Positions 8,421-17,061 of a stretch of DNA of 32,806 nucleotides are shown piece after piece. The DNA comes from a virus. Taxonomy: Duplodnaviria; Caudoviricetes. The translations under genes and the position numbers were made by a program. The notes under the pieces are model-generated. The model was not told the origin of the DNA and did no database searches. It saw only the letters and a program-made list of their open reading frames with translations. The stretch spans positions 1-32,806 of IMG/VR virus record IMGVR_UViG_3300031965_000107; one strand, given 5' to 3'. How positions within the stretch are numbered: the first letter of the stretch is position 1; every line of letters begins with the position of its first letter.

Positions 8421-8842
8421 TGGGCATGTTCTTCAAAGGAAAATGCGCGCAATGCTGGGAGCCGATTGACGATTGCCGGTGCGGCGACAGGTTGCCTGTA
8501 CACGGCACGGGAAACTTCGGATCCGTCATCAATTACGAGAGGGGGACACCATTGGAACGCGCTGATACACCGCTCGACACTGGTGAATTCCGCGGACCGA
8601 CGGCCAGCCCGGCGCGGGTCAGGCCTGCCGTCGGATCGACTGACGCGCACGGCTTTCCGCTGGCCATTCAGGACGTAATGAACGGCGCGCGGATCTCGCG
8701 CGTAGCTTGGGAGGACGACCAGATCCAGGTCTTTTTGCTGGATGGCCTGCTCCGAATTCGCAAGGCCGAGGGGACGGTCCATCCGTTGATCGTCTCGGAC
8801 GGTGACCTCTACGCGACCGACTGGTTCGTCGTTCGGGGGTAG
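8417..8842 (+). CDS. Protein with N-terminal Cys cluster and C-terminal DUF2829/Tad2-like domain
   Basis: C-terminus FPLAIQDVMNGARISRVAW...PLIVSDGDLYATDWFVV fits the DUF2829 pattern F..A...l..G..v.R..W...S..D..A.DW.vv. N-terminus CAQC..CRC..H. Confidence 0.65.
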   Translation: MMGMFFKGKCAQCWEPIDDCRCGDRLPVHGTGNFGSVINYERGTPLERADTPLDTGEFRGPTASPARVRPAVGSTDAHGFPLAIQDVMNGARISRVAWEDDQIQVFLLDGLLRIRKAEGTVHPLIVSDGDLYATDWFVVRG

Positions 8843-8852
8843 GTGAAGCCAG

Positions 8853-10745
8853 ATGCCTGATCTCTCCGTGCTGATCCCTGCACGCAACGAGGTCTTCCTC
8901 GCGCAGACGATTGCCGATGTCGTCGCCAATCTGCGCGGGGATACGGAGGTCATCGCCGTCTGCGATGGCGGCTGGCCGGATCCGCCGATCGCGGACCATC
9001 CGCGGGTGCAGCTCATCTACCTGCCGACGCCGATCGGGCAGCGTGCGGCGACCAACCTGGCTGCCCGGGCGAGCGCCGCGCGGTACGTCATGAAGCTCGA
9101 CGCGCACTGCGCGCTGGCTGAGGGGTTCGATGTCGAGCTCGTGCGCGCCGGCGACGAACTCGGGCCGGACGTGACGCAGATTCCGGCGATGATTAACCTC
9201 CACGCCTTCAACTGGCGGTGCCGAGCGTGCGGGCGCGAGACCTACCAGGGGCCGCGACCCGAGCGATGCGCGGCGGATGTGGCCCACGATCGCGAGCTCG
9301 CCGTCATGCCGCCAGCCTGCGGCGAGGCGCAAGGCTTCGACCAAGTCCTGGTCTGGCAGCCCCGACGCCGGCGCGCACAGGGGAACGGGTCAGCGGGCGC
9401 GGGCGGGTTCGCGCGGACGGAGTTCTGGCGGTTCGACCAGGAGCTGAAGTTCGCCTACAAAGGCCCCGTCATTCGGGGACAGGAGCAGGCCGAGATTGCC
9501 GACGTGATGAGCAGCGTCGGGGCCTGTTTCGTGATGCGCCGTGATCGGTTTCTCGAGCTCGGCGGGCTCGATGAGGATCATGGGAGCTGGGGCGCCTTCG
9601 GCACAGAGATCGCCTGCAAGTCGTGGCTCAGCGGCGGACGGCAGGTCGTGAACAAGCGCACCTGGTTCGCGCACATGTTTCGCACGAACGGCGCCTTTTC
9701 GTTTCCCTACGCCATACGTGGGGCCGATCAGGACTACGCACGCCGGTACAGCCAGAACATGTGGTACGGCAACCTCTGGCCTGGTCAGACTAGACCTCTG
9801 AGCTGGCTACTCGACCATTTCTGGCCCATCCGGGGCTGGGCCGATGTCAAGGGCGCGGAGCGGCTGGCGTTCGTGCGTGCGCGCGGCGCCGCGTTTCGGG
9901 CATCCGTCGCACCATCGCCGGCGTCGATCCTGGTGCCACGCGCCGAGCGTCCGGTCGCACCGGCGGTGCCGACGAAATCACTCGTCTACTACAGCGACCT
10001 TCGACTCGATCCGACGATCGCGCGGGCCGTCCAGGCGCAGCTTCGGCGAGCCGCGCCGGGTCTGCCGATCGCCGTCGTGACGCTGCAGCCGACCGACTTT
10101 CGCGGCGATGTCAACCTTGTGCTTGACTTGGAGCGCGGCTACCTTGCGATGTTCCGGCAGATCCTCGCTGGGCTTGAAGCCCTCGACACCGATGTCGCGT
10201 TTCTGGTCGAACATGACATCCTGTATCACCCCTCGCACTTCGCCTTCGTCCCGCCGCGGCGCGACGTGTTCTACTACAACCGGCATACCTGGAAAGTCGA
10301 CGCCGAGACCGGTCGGGCCCTGCACTACCGCTGTGACCAGACGTCCGGCCTATGCGCTGACCGGGCGTTGCTCGTGGAACACTACCGGCGCCGGGTCAAG
10401 GTGATCGAAGCCGAGGGCTATCATCGGAACTTCGGCTTCGAGCCGGGGACGAACCGCTGGTCCCGCGCGCTTGACCCGCACGGGGCCGATCACTGGTTCT
10501 CGCCCCAGCCGAACATCGACATCCGCCACGGGCGCAACCTGACGCCGTCGCGCTGGCGACAGGACCAGTTTCGGAACCGCCGGACCTGTCAGGGCTGGAC
10601 CGAATCCGACGAGGTGCCCGGCTGGGGCCGGACGCGCGGGCGATTCGCCGAGCTGCTCGCGACCATCCTCGAGACGCCGGCAGCGCAGGGATCTATCGAC
10701 GATGTCGCATCGCACGGTCAGGAAGAGGAGCCATCTCATGTCTGA
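8853..10745 (+). CDS. Two-domain glycosyltransferase: N-terminal GT27-like GT-A domain plus C-terminal second GT-A-like domain
   Basis: SVLIPARNE, KLDAHC (9099-9110), GACFVMRRDRFLELGGLD, WGAFGTEIACKSWLSGG, FAHMFR; Pro/Ala linker; second domain with VEHDILY. AGGTGA SD. Confidence 0.9.
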   Translation: MPDLSVLIPARNEVFLAQTIADVVANLRGDTEVIAVCDGGWPDPPIADHPRVQLIYLPTPIGQRAATNLAARASAARYVMKLDAHCALAEGFDVELVRAGDELGPDVTQIPAMINLHAFNWRCRACGRETYQGPRPERCAADVAHDRELAVMPPACGEAQGFDQVLVWQPRRRRAQGNGSAGAGGFARTEFWRFDQELKFAYKGPVIRGQEQAEIADVMSSVGACFVMRRDRFLELGGLDEDHGSWGAFGTEIACKSWLSGGRQVVNKRTWFAHMFRTNGAFSFPYAIRGADQDYARRYSQNMWYGNLWPGQTRPLSWLLDHFWPIRGWADVKGAERLAFVRARGAAFRASVAPSPASILVPRAERPVAPAVPTKSLVYYSDLRLDPTIARAVQAQLRRAAPGLPIAVVTLQPTDFRGDVNLVLDLERGYLAMFRQILAGLEALDTDVAFLVEHDILYHPSHFAFVPPRRDVFYYNRHTWKVDAETGRALHYRCDQTSGLCADRALLVEHYRRRVKVIEAEGYHRNFGFEPGTNRWSRALDPHGADHWFSPQPNIDIRHGRNLTPSRWRQDQFRNRRTCQGWTESDEVPGWGRTRGRFAELLATILETPAAQGSIDDVASHGQEEEPSHV

Positions 10746-11856
10746 ACTCCATCGCGTCACACGCTTCGTACGCAGCCATCTCTGGGCGATCCTGCCGGAG
10801 AAGATGGACGCCATCTGCGAACTGCTCGATCTCCGCGCGCAGGGTGTCACGTTCACGGCCGAGGAAATCCAGGCAAGACTCGGTGCCGTGCAGCCGCGCG
10901 AGCCCCAGCGGGTTGAGACCGTCGCCGTGATCCCCCTCCAGGGGATTCTCGCCAAGAAGATGAACATGATGACCCGGATGAGCGGCGGGACGTCGCTCGA
11001 ACAGTTCATCGCGCAGGTGCGCGCCGCCGTCGACGACGAGAGCGTGCGGGCCATCGTCATCGAGGGCGACACGCCCGGCGGCACCGTCGAAGGCTGCATC
11101 GAAGCCGCGACGGCCCTCTACGGGCTGCGGGGAAAAAAGCCGATCGTGGCGGTCGCCGATCCGCTGCTCGCTTCGGCGGGCTATTGGATGACCAGCCAGG
11201 CCGACGAGATCGTGGCGTGCCCGAGCGCCTCGGTGGGGAGCCTCGGCGTGTTCACCATGCACAACGATTTTTCGGCCATGAACGAGCGAGTGGGCGTCAA
11301 GCCGACCTACATCTTCAACGGCGCCTACAAAGTGGAGGGCAACCCAGACGAACCACTGTCGGACGAGGCCCGGGCGTTCATGCAGGCCCGCGTCGACGAG
11401 CGCGGCGAGGACTTCATCAAGGCGGTCGCGCGCGGCCGTGGCATCTCGGCGGCGAAGGTCCGGTCGGACTTTGGCCAGGGCCGAGTCTTCTTCGCCAAGC
11501 AGGCACTTGAGGCTGGGATGATCGACCGCATCGGCACGCTGGAGGAGACGATCGCCCGCTACGTGGGCCGGCGCGGGGGCGTCGTCGTGACGCGGATGGA
11601 AAGCGCGGCGGAATCGCCTGAGTTGGTTGCGGCGACGGTGGCGGCTGGGACCAGCCCGGACCAGGACGCAGTCGACCCGGCGGCCGACGCCGAGACGGCA
11701 GTCGTGGCCGCGACTACCGAAGATCCGGAGCCCGAGCCAGAGGCGGACGACGGAGCGGACCCAAAATCGCGGGCCGCGCTCGATGCGCAGCAGGCGGCGG
11801 AAGCCGAGACGGACGAAGCCGCGATCCTCGCGGCGCTGGCGGAGTCGGCGGACTGA
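10738..11856 (+). CDS. S49-family (SppA/lambda gpC-like) prohead protease with acidic C-terminal extension
   Basis: DTPGGTV, ASAGYW, VGSLGV, GAYK, GRVF..QA...GMIDRIG. GAGGAG SD; start overlaps the GT gene end by 8 nt. Confidence 0.92.
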   Translation: MSELHRVTRFVRSHLWAILPEKMDAICELLDLRAQGVTFTAEEIQARLGAVQPREPQRVETVAVIPLQGILAKKMNMMTRMSGGTSLEQFIAQVRAAVDDESVRAIVIEGDTPGGTVEGCIEAATALYGLRGKKPIVAVADPLLASAGYWMTSQADEIVACPSASVGSLGVFTMHNDFSAMNERVGVKPTYIFNGAYKVEGNPDEPLSDEARAFMQARVDERGEDFIKAVARGRGISAAKVRSDFGQGRVFFAKQALEAGMIDRIGTLEETIARYVGRRGGVVVTRMESAAESPELVAATVAAGTSPDQDAVDPAADAETAVVAATTEDPEPEPEADDGADPKSRAALDAQQAAEAETDEAAILAALAESAD

Positions 11857-11873
11857 TCGAGACGAGACGAGTA

Positions 11874-12083
11874 ATGGCGAAGAGGACACGCCGGGGTCGC
11901 GGCCGGCCGCCGCTCGCGGCGCACGAGCCGTCGACCCCGGTGTGCGTCCGCGTGCCTCACAGTGTGTACGACACTTTGTACCACCAGGCGATCAAGCGCC
12001 AGATTTCCGTCTCGGAACTGATTCGACGGAGCATCGAGGGGCAAGCGCATCGGCCACTGCCGTCGCCCAACGGCACGCCCTGA
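11874..12083 (+). CDS. Ribbon-helix-helix DNA-binding protein with basic GRPP N-terminus
   Basis: RRGRGRPP then VCVRVPHSVYDTLYHQAIKRQISVSELIRRSIE (beta strand-helix-helix pattern). Confidence 0.75.
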   Translation: MAKRTRRGRGRPPLAAHEPSTPVCVRVPHSVYDTLYHQAIKRQISVSELIRRSIEGQAHRPLPSPNGTP

Positions 12084-12108
12084 AACCGCATGAACCGATG
12101 GAGAAGCG

Positions 12109-12306
12109 ATGAATACACAAGCAAAAAACCGAAGGGTTCACTGCCCGACATGTCGCGGGTTCGACTCATTCGGGACCTGCCCGATTTGCGACGGCCGCGG
12201 TTTTGCGACAACCGGCAAGATTCGAGACCACCGACGGGCAGGTCTGCTCAAAGAACTGGCGATATTGGAACAGAAGTTGAAAGCGATCCGGAATGAGCTT
12301 CGGTGA
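12109..12306 (+). CDS. Small Zn-finger protein (CxxCxG repeats) with coiled-coil tail
   Basis: CPTCRG..CPICDGRG; GGAGA SD upstream. Confidence 0.65.
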   Translation: MNTQAKNRRVHCPTCRGFDSFGTCPICDGRGFATTGKIRDHRRAGLLKELAILEQKLKAIRNELR

Positions 12307-12330
12307 TTTTTGTAATTTAAAATCGCCTTT
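12302..12330 (+). terminator. AT-rich inverted repeat: weak terminator or operator
   Basis: ggtgatttt (12302-12310) and aaaatcgcc (12319-12327), one G-U pair, followed by TTT. AT-rich patch in GC-rich DNA. Confidence 0.4.
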
Positions 12331-12530
12331 CTCGCCCGCTCTCTCCATACTCATCTCTGACACACGGCCGTTCGTGCAACCCGTCCCGTAGGACGCGCGC
12401 GCACGGACGGCGCGACAGCTCACGACCTCCGTCGAGCGTCAGCGGCTGTCCTGGGACCCACCACATCGGTGGGCAGGGCATCCCTGGCGCTTTTCGCGTG
12501 TACGGAGGGCGACAGCCCGAGGAGCGGAAG

Positions 12531-13913
12531 ATGGATCTCAAGGCAATCAGGCAGCGTCACGCGGACCTCAAGGCCGATTTGTTCCGCCTGACCAAGGCGC
12601 GAGCGGACCTCGGCGTCAAGGCCGTCGCCGAGAAGCGGAGCCTGACCGACGAGGAACGCACCGCGTTCACGGAGTTCGGTCCGAAGATCGAGGCCACCCA
12701 GGCGTCACTGGCCGAGGCGGCCAGCCTCCTCGAGGCGGCCGAAGCGGCCAACGAAGCCGAGCGGCAGACCCAGATCACCGGCATCGACCCGGATGCCGAG
12801 GCGGCGGGTCGGGCCGCGGCCGCCGCGGGTGTCACCCGCCGCGTCCAGGTGACCGATCGCGCCCTGGAGCAGCCGGGCCTCTGGGGTCGACAGCTCCAAG
12901 CGATCCGGAACTTCGCCATCAACGGCGGCGCAGCGCACACACCCGCCGAGGACATGGTCGTGCTGCGGCCGCTGATGGCTGCGGCGACGGGCCTGAACAC
13001 GGACGTGCCGTCCGAGGGCGGATTCCTGGTCCCCCAGGCGCGCGCGAGCACCGTGCTGCAGCGTGCCTACCAGATCGGCGAGATTCTCCGGCGGCTCACG
13101 CCCATGCCGATCGGGCCGGGCTTCAACGGCGTGAAGATGCCGGCGATCGACGAGACGAGCCGGGCGGACAGCTCCCGCTATGGCGGCATCGTCTCAGGCT
13201 GGCTCGGCCAGGGCAACACCCTGACGAGCGGCAAGCCCAAGTTCCGCGAGATCGACCTGAAGCTCCGGAAGGTCGGCGCGTTCGTCTACGCGACCGACGA
13301 GCTTCTGATTGACGCCGTCGCGCTCGAGGCGTGGATCAACCGGTACCTCCCGCTCGAGCTGCAGTTTCGGATCGAGGATGCGGTCATCAACGGCGTGGGC
13401 AGCAACCAGCCGCTCGGCATCCTCAACTCGCCGGCCCTGATCACCGTGACCCGCGCGACCGCGAGCAAGGTCACCGCCGACGACATGCGCGGCATGATCA
13501 ATCGCCTGTGGGCGCCGCTCCGCGGGCGCGCGGTGTTCCTGGTCGACCAGTCAGTCGAGCCGGAGCTCGATGTGCTGTCGTTCGCGATCGGGACGGCGGG
13601 TGTCCTCGACCCGAGCTACAAGCCGGCTGGCGACGGGCGGCCCTACGCGACCTACAAGAACATCCCGATCATCCCGGTGGAGTACTGCGCGGCGCTTGGG
13701 ACGACGGGCGACATCATCCTCGTGGCCTTCGATGAGTACCTGTTCATCGACAAGGGCGGCGTGGATCAGGCGGTGTCGCTGCATGTCGCCTTCTTGACCG
13801 ACGAAGCGGTCTACCGGTTCATCGCCCGGGTCGACGGACAGGCGACCTGGAACGCGGCGCTGACGCCCAAGTCGGGCGGCTCGACGCTCTCGTGCATCGT
13901 GGTCCTGAGCTAG
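12531..13913 (+). CDS. Major capsid protein, HK97 fold with N-terminal coiled-coil delta-like domain
   Basis: GGFLVP, TDELLID, AVINGVGSNQPLGILN, YRFIARVDG; helical N-terminus; GAGGAG SD. Confidence 0.95.
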   Translation: MDLKAIRQRHADLKADLFRLTKARADLGVKAVAEKRSLTDEERTAFTEFGPKIEATQASLAEAASLLEAAEAANEAERQTQITGIDPDAEAAGRAAAAAGVTRRVQVTDRALEQPGLWGRQLQAIRNFAINGGAAHTPAEDMVVLRPLMAAATGLNTDVPSEGGFLVPQARASTVLQRAYQIGEILRRLTPMPIGPGFNGVKMPAIDETSRADSSRYGGIVSGWLGQGNTLTSGKPKFREIDLKLRKVGAFVYATDELLIDAVALEAWINRYLPLELQFRIEDAVINGVGSNQPLGILNSPALITVTRATASKVTADDMRGMINRLWAPLRGRAVFLVDQSVEPELDVLSFAIGTAGVLDPSYKPAGDGRPYATYKNIPIIPVEYCAALGTTGDIILVAFDEYLFIDKGGVDQAVSLHVAFLTDEAVYRFIARVDGQATWNAALTPKSGGSTLSCIVVLS

Positions 13914-13952
13914 GAGGGCCGACGCGCCCGCCCGTAGGGGAGAACGACGATC

Positions 13953-14423
13953 ATGCGCATCAGCGAACAGTACAGCAGCGTGCCCCTCATCGAGCCGGCG
14001 GACTACGGCTCGGCGGGGATCGATTCCGACAGCGTGAACATGGGGCGTCTGCACGCCCTGGGCGCGCTGCTCACCTTCGGCGCCATCACCGGGGATTCGA
14101 TTCTGAAGGTCTACAGCGGCGCAACGGCCGCCGCGAAGACGACGGCGCTCGCGTTCAAGTACCGGCTCGGCGCCGCGGACTTCAAGGTCGCCCTGGCCGA
14201 TCAGTTCGGGGCGTGGACGTCGGTGGCCTCGACCGGCCTGACGCTCACGGCGGCGACCTTCGCCAACCGCCAGGTCGCGGTCGAGGTCGACGCGGACCAG
14301 ATGACCGACGGCGAAGAGTGGCTGACGTTCGAACTCGACTCGACGGCGACCACACTCTTCGTCGCCGGGATCGGCGTCGGCTCGCCGCGCTACCCGGGGA
14401 ACCTGATCCCGACCGTGATCTAG
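13953..14423 (+). CDS. Putative head accessory/decoration protein
   Basis: Directly follows the capsid gene, GGGGAG SD, beta-rich 156 aa; function inferred from position only. Confidence 0.6.
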   Translation: MRISEQYSSVPLIEPADYGSAGIDSDSVNMGRLHALGALLTFGAITGDSILKVYSGATAAAKTTALAFKYRLGAADFKVALADQFGAWTSVASTGLTLTAATFANRQVAVEVDADQMTDGEEWLTFELDSTATTLFVAGIGVGSPRYPGNLIPTVI

Positions 14424-14643
14424 GCGCCTCGTAATGCGGCTTCGCACGACCGCCGGCCGGTATGCCGGGGAGATTCGGGACTACGGCTTTGGTGCCGGCC
14501 GCGCCGCCCTCCGCGTGGGGACCGCCGAACCGGTGGAGGCCCTCGCTACCACCCGTCCGGCCCCCAAGCTGCGGGCAGCGCACAAGCCATCGACGCGTCG
14601 GAAGGGCTGAGACGCGCCCCGTGGGCGCGGGGGAGTCAGGGAC

Positions 14644-15060
14644 ATGACACAGCAGGCAGTTCGCACGGCGATGACCATGGGCGTGCGCACGCGATTCACC
14701 ATCGCGCAGGTGAACGCCGGGGCGACCCTCGTGGCGGCCGTGAAGGGCATGGCCCATCGGATCGTCGATCTCACGATGATCGCCATCGGTGGCGCCGCCG
14801 AGACGGCGACGTCGGTTGACATCATCGGCACGCGGAGTGCCGCGACGGTCCGCCCGTTCGTCGTCGCGGTCGCCGCGCTGACGCAAAGCGCGGTCGTCAA
14901 GCCGAACTCGGCGAACGTGACGGTCCTCGCCGACGGCGCCTCGTACACGGCCTTGGACGAAAACACGGCCATCACCATCGGCACGCAATCGGGAGGCAGC
15001 GACCTCGCGACCGCCACGCATATCGACGTCATCCTGAGTTACGCGGCTGAAGAGGCGTAA
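14644..15060 (+). CDS. Putative head accessory protein
   Basis: Ala/Thr/Val-rich 138 aa with GGAG SD, in the head module. Confidence 0.6.
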   Translation: MTQQAVRTAMTMGVRTRFTIAQVNAGATLVAAVKGMAHRIVDLTMIAIGGAAETATSVDIIGTRSAATVRPFVVAVAALTQSAVVKPNSANVTVLADGASYTALDENTAITIGTQSGGSDLATATHIDVILSYAAEEA

Positions 15061-15063
15061 TCG

Positions 15064-16089
15064 ATGGCTGGGACGATCGTCCAATCGGCCGTCCTCGTTG
15101 GCGTCGTCCGCAGGCTGACGTTTGCCTGCACGGCCGACGCGGCCGATGGCTCCTTCCCCAGCACCGAGATCACGACGAAGTTCGAGGGGTCGCTGCTCAA
15201 ACTGGTGACCAACCCGGGCGCGTCGGCGTCGACGTCGCCCTCAGCCTCGATCTCCCCCTCGGTGTCCGCATCCGCGTCCGTGTCGCCGTCGAGCAGCCGG
15301 TCGCCCTCGGTGTCCGCGTCCGCGAGCCGGTCGCCGTCCGTGTCGCCCTCGGCCTCCGTCTCGCCGTCCGCCTCAGTCTCCCCGAGCTCGAGCCGGAGTC
15401 CGAGCAAGTCGATTTCGCCGTCGGCGTCGACAAGCCCGTCCGTGTCGAGTTCCGCGTCCGTGAGCCCGAGCACGTCGCTGTCGCCGTCCGCCAGTTTGAG
15501 CCCGAGCGTCAGCGCGTCGGTGTCGGCCTCCGCATCGGTGAGCCCGTCGTCGTCATACAGCCCGAGCGCGTCGATCAGCCCATCCGTCTCGGCATCGGAG
15601 TCGGTGAGCCCCAGCGCGTCGGTGAGCCCGAGCGTCTCGGCGTCGGCTTCGATCTCGCCCTCGGTGAGCGCGTCGGCGTCGATCTCCCCGTCGGTGTCCG
15701 CCTCAGTCAGCGCCTCGGCCTCGGTCTCGCCGAGCGCGTCGGTGAGCCCCAGCGCCTCAGTGAGCCCGAGCGTCTCGGCGTCGGCGTCCGTCTCGCCGTC
15801 GGTCAGCGCCTCGGCCTCGGTCTCGCCGAGCGCGTCAGTGAGCCCGACCGAGGGGGCGCCGACGGACAACTACGACATTCGCATCCTCGATCAACGTGGC
15901 ATCGATGTGCTCCAGGGGGTCGGAGCCAACCGGGATCAGACGGTGTCAGAAGAGGCCGCCATCGTCTACAGCGGGACGAGTCTCCACCCGCGGGTCGATT
16001 ACACCGACACGCTAACGCTCGAACTCACGAACAACGTGGTCGCCAGTGCGGTCATGGTGATCGACCTGTACTACTCGACCGGCGGGTGA
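15064..16089 (+). CDS. Putative virion protein with internal 208-aa (Ser-X)104 tract
   Basis: Globular-looking 53-aa N-part and 80-aa C-part flank a strict Ser-alternating tract; lies between the capsid and connector genes. Confidence 0.85.
   Translation: MAGTIVQSAVLVGVVRRLTFACTADAADGSFPSTEITTKFEGSLLKLVTNPGASASTSPSASISPSVSASASVSPSSSRSPSVSASASRSPSVSPSASVSPSASVSPSSSRSPSKSISPSASTSPSVSSSASVSPSTSLSPSASLSPSVSASVSASASVSPSSSYSPSASISPSVSASESVSPSASVSPSVSASASISPSVSASASISPSVSASVSASASVSPSASVSPSASVSPSVSASASVSPSVSASASVSPSASVSPTEGAPTDNYDIRILDQRGIDVLQGVGANRDQTVSEEAAIVYSGTSLHPRVDYTDTLTLELTNNVVASAVMVIDLYYSTGG
15223..15846 (+). repeat. (Ser-X)104 low-complexity coding repeat (units SPSASV / [10 protein letters not shown])
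   Basis: Every second residue is Ser for 208 aa, using mixed TCN and AGY codons. Confidence 0.97.
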
Positions 16090-16101
16090 CGGGGATGTGT
16101 G

Positions 16102-17061
16102 ATGAGCCTGACCCTGATCACCGCCCCGACGCTTGAGCCCATCACGATCGCGGAACTGCGCCGGCATCTCCAGCTCAATGACACGGCGGGTGAGCCCGCG
16201 CCCACCGCGCCCACTGTCGCCCTCCCCAGCACACCCGTCGCCGGCGACTGCGATGCCGGGGCCTGGCGCGTCGGCTTCACGTTCGTCACGGCCGACGGCG
16301 AGACGGAGATCGGCCCACTTTCGGCCGTCGTGACCGTGGCCGACCCGGCCGTCAACGGCCAAATCAGCGTTACCGCCATCGCCATCGGCGGGTCGGCGGT
16401 CACGTCGCGGAAGGCGTATGCCCTTGCGCCAGGGGAGAGCGTGGCGCAGTATGCCGCCACGATCGCCAACAACACGGCGACGACCCTCACGATCAACATC
16501 GCCGCGTCCGCCCTCGGCGTGGACGCCCCCTCGGTCAACACGACGCTCGACCCGGAGCTGAGCCAGCTCATCACGGCGGCCCGGGAGCGGTGCGAGTTGG
16601 CGACCCGCCGGGCGCTCCTCACGCAGACCTGGGATCTCGTCCTCGACATGTGGCCGGGTGAGACCTGGATCGAGTTGCCCCTGCCGCCGCTCCAGAGCGT
16701 GACCACGCTCAAGTACCGCGACACGGGCGGGACGCTCCAGACCTGGGCGGCGACGAACTACGTCGTCGAGGCACCCTCGGGCTCGCGCGCCCAGCCCGGA
16801 CGCCTCTCACTGGCCTACGCCGTGGTCTGGCCCGCGCTCTACGGGCAGGCCGGAGACGTGACGGTGCGCTTCGTCTGCGGCTACGGGGCCGCGGCGTCGA
16901 GCGTTCCGGCCATCCTCAAGCGCGCCATGCTCGTGGACGCTGGGGCGCACTACGCCCACCGCGAGGAGATCAGCGTGGGCCCCACGGTCACCACGATCCC
17001 CCTCGTGCATCGGACATATTGGAGCTATCAGGCCCGTCTGGCGCAGCGGAGGGCCGCATGA
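16102..17061 (+). CDS. Head-tail connector (gp6/phiE125 gp8-like) with inserted beta domain
   Basis: EPITIAELRRHL...LITAARERCELATRRALLTQTW...VRFVCGYG...VPAILKRAML..HYAHRE; about 120-aa insert at 16183-16545. Confidence 0.88.
   Translation: MSLTLITAPTLEPITIAELRRHLQLNDTAGEPAPTAPTVALPSTPVAGDCDAGAWRVGFTFVTADGETEIGPLSAVVTVADPAVNGQISVTAIAIGGSAVTSRKAYALAPGESVAQYAATIANNTATTLTINIAASALGVDAPSVNTTLDPELSQLITAARERCELATRRALLTQTWDLVLDMWPGETWIELPLPPLQSVTTLKYRDTGGTLQTWAATNYVVEAPSGSRAQPGRLSLAYAVVWPALYGQAGDVTVRFVCGYGAAASSVPAILKRAMLVDAGAHYAHREEISVGPTVTTIPLVHRTYWSYQARLAQRRAA

Noticed and set aside
2641-10745. Cluster as a DNA hypermodification or host O-antigen conversion system
   Set aside because: No base-modifying or replication genes nearby, no membrane GT, flippase or GtrA-like genes, and the cluster is coupled to morphogenesis genes. 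Disfavoured rather than excluded.
15039-15869. Long acidic minus-strand ORFs (also 2203-2439 and 18695-19753) with DAEGE/LGLTDA repeats
   Set aside because: Antisense shadows of the Ser-X tracts; the plus-strand genes have SDs, operon context and folded flanks.
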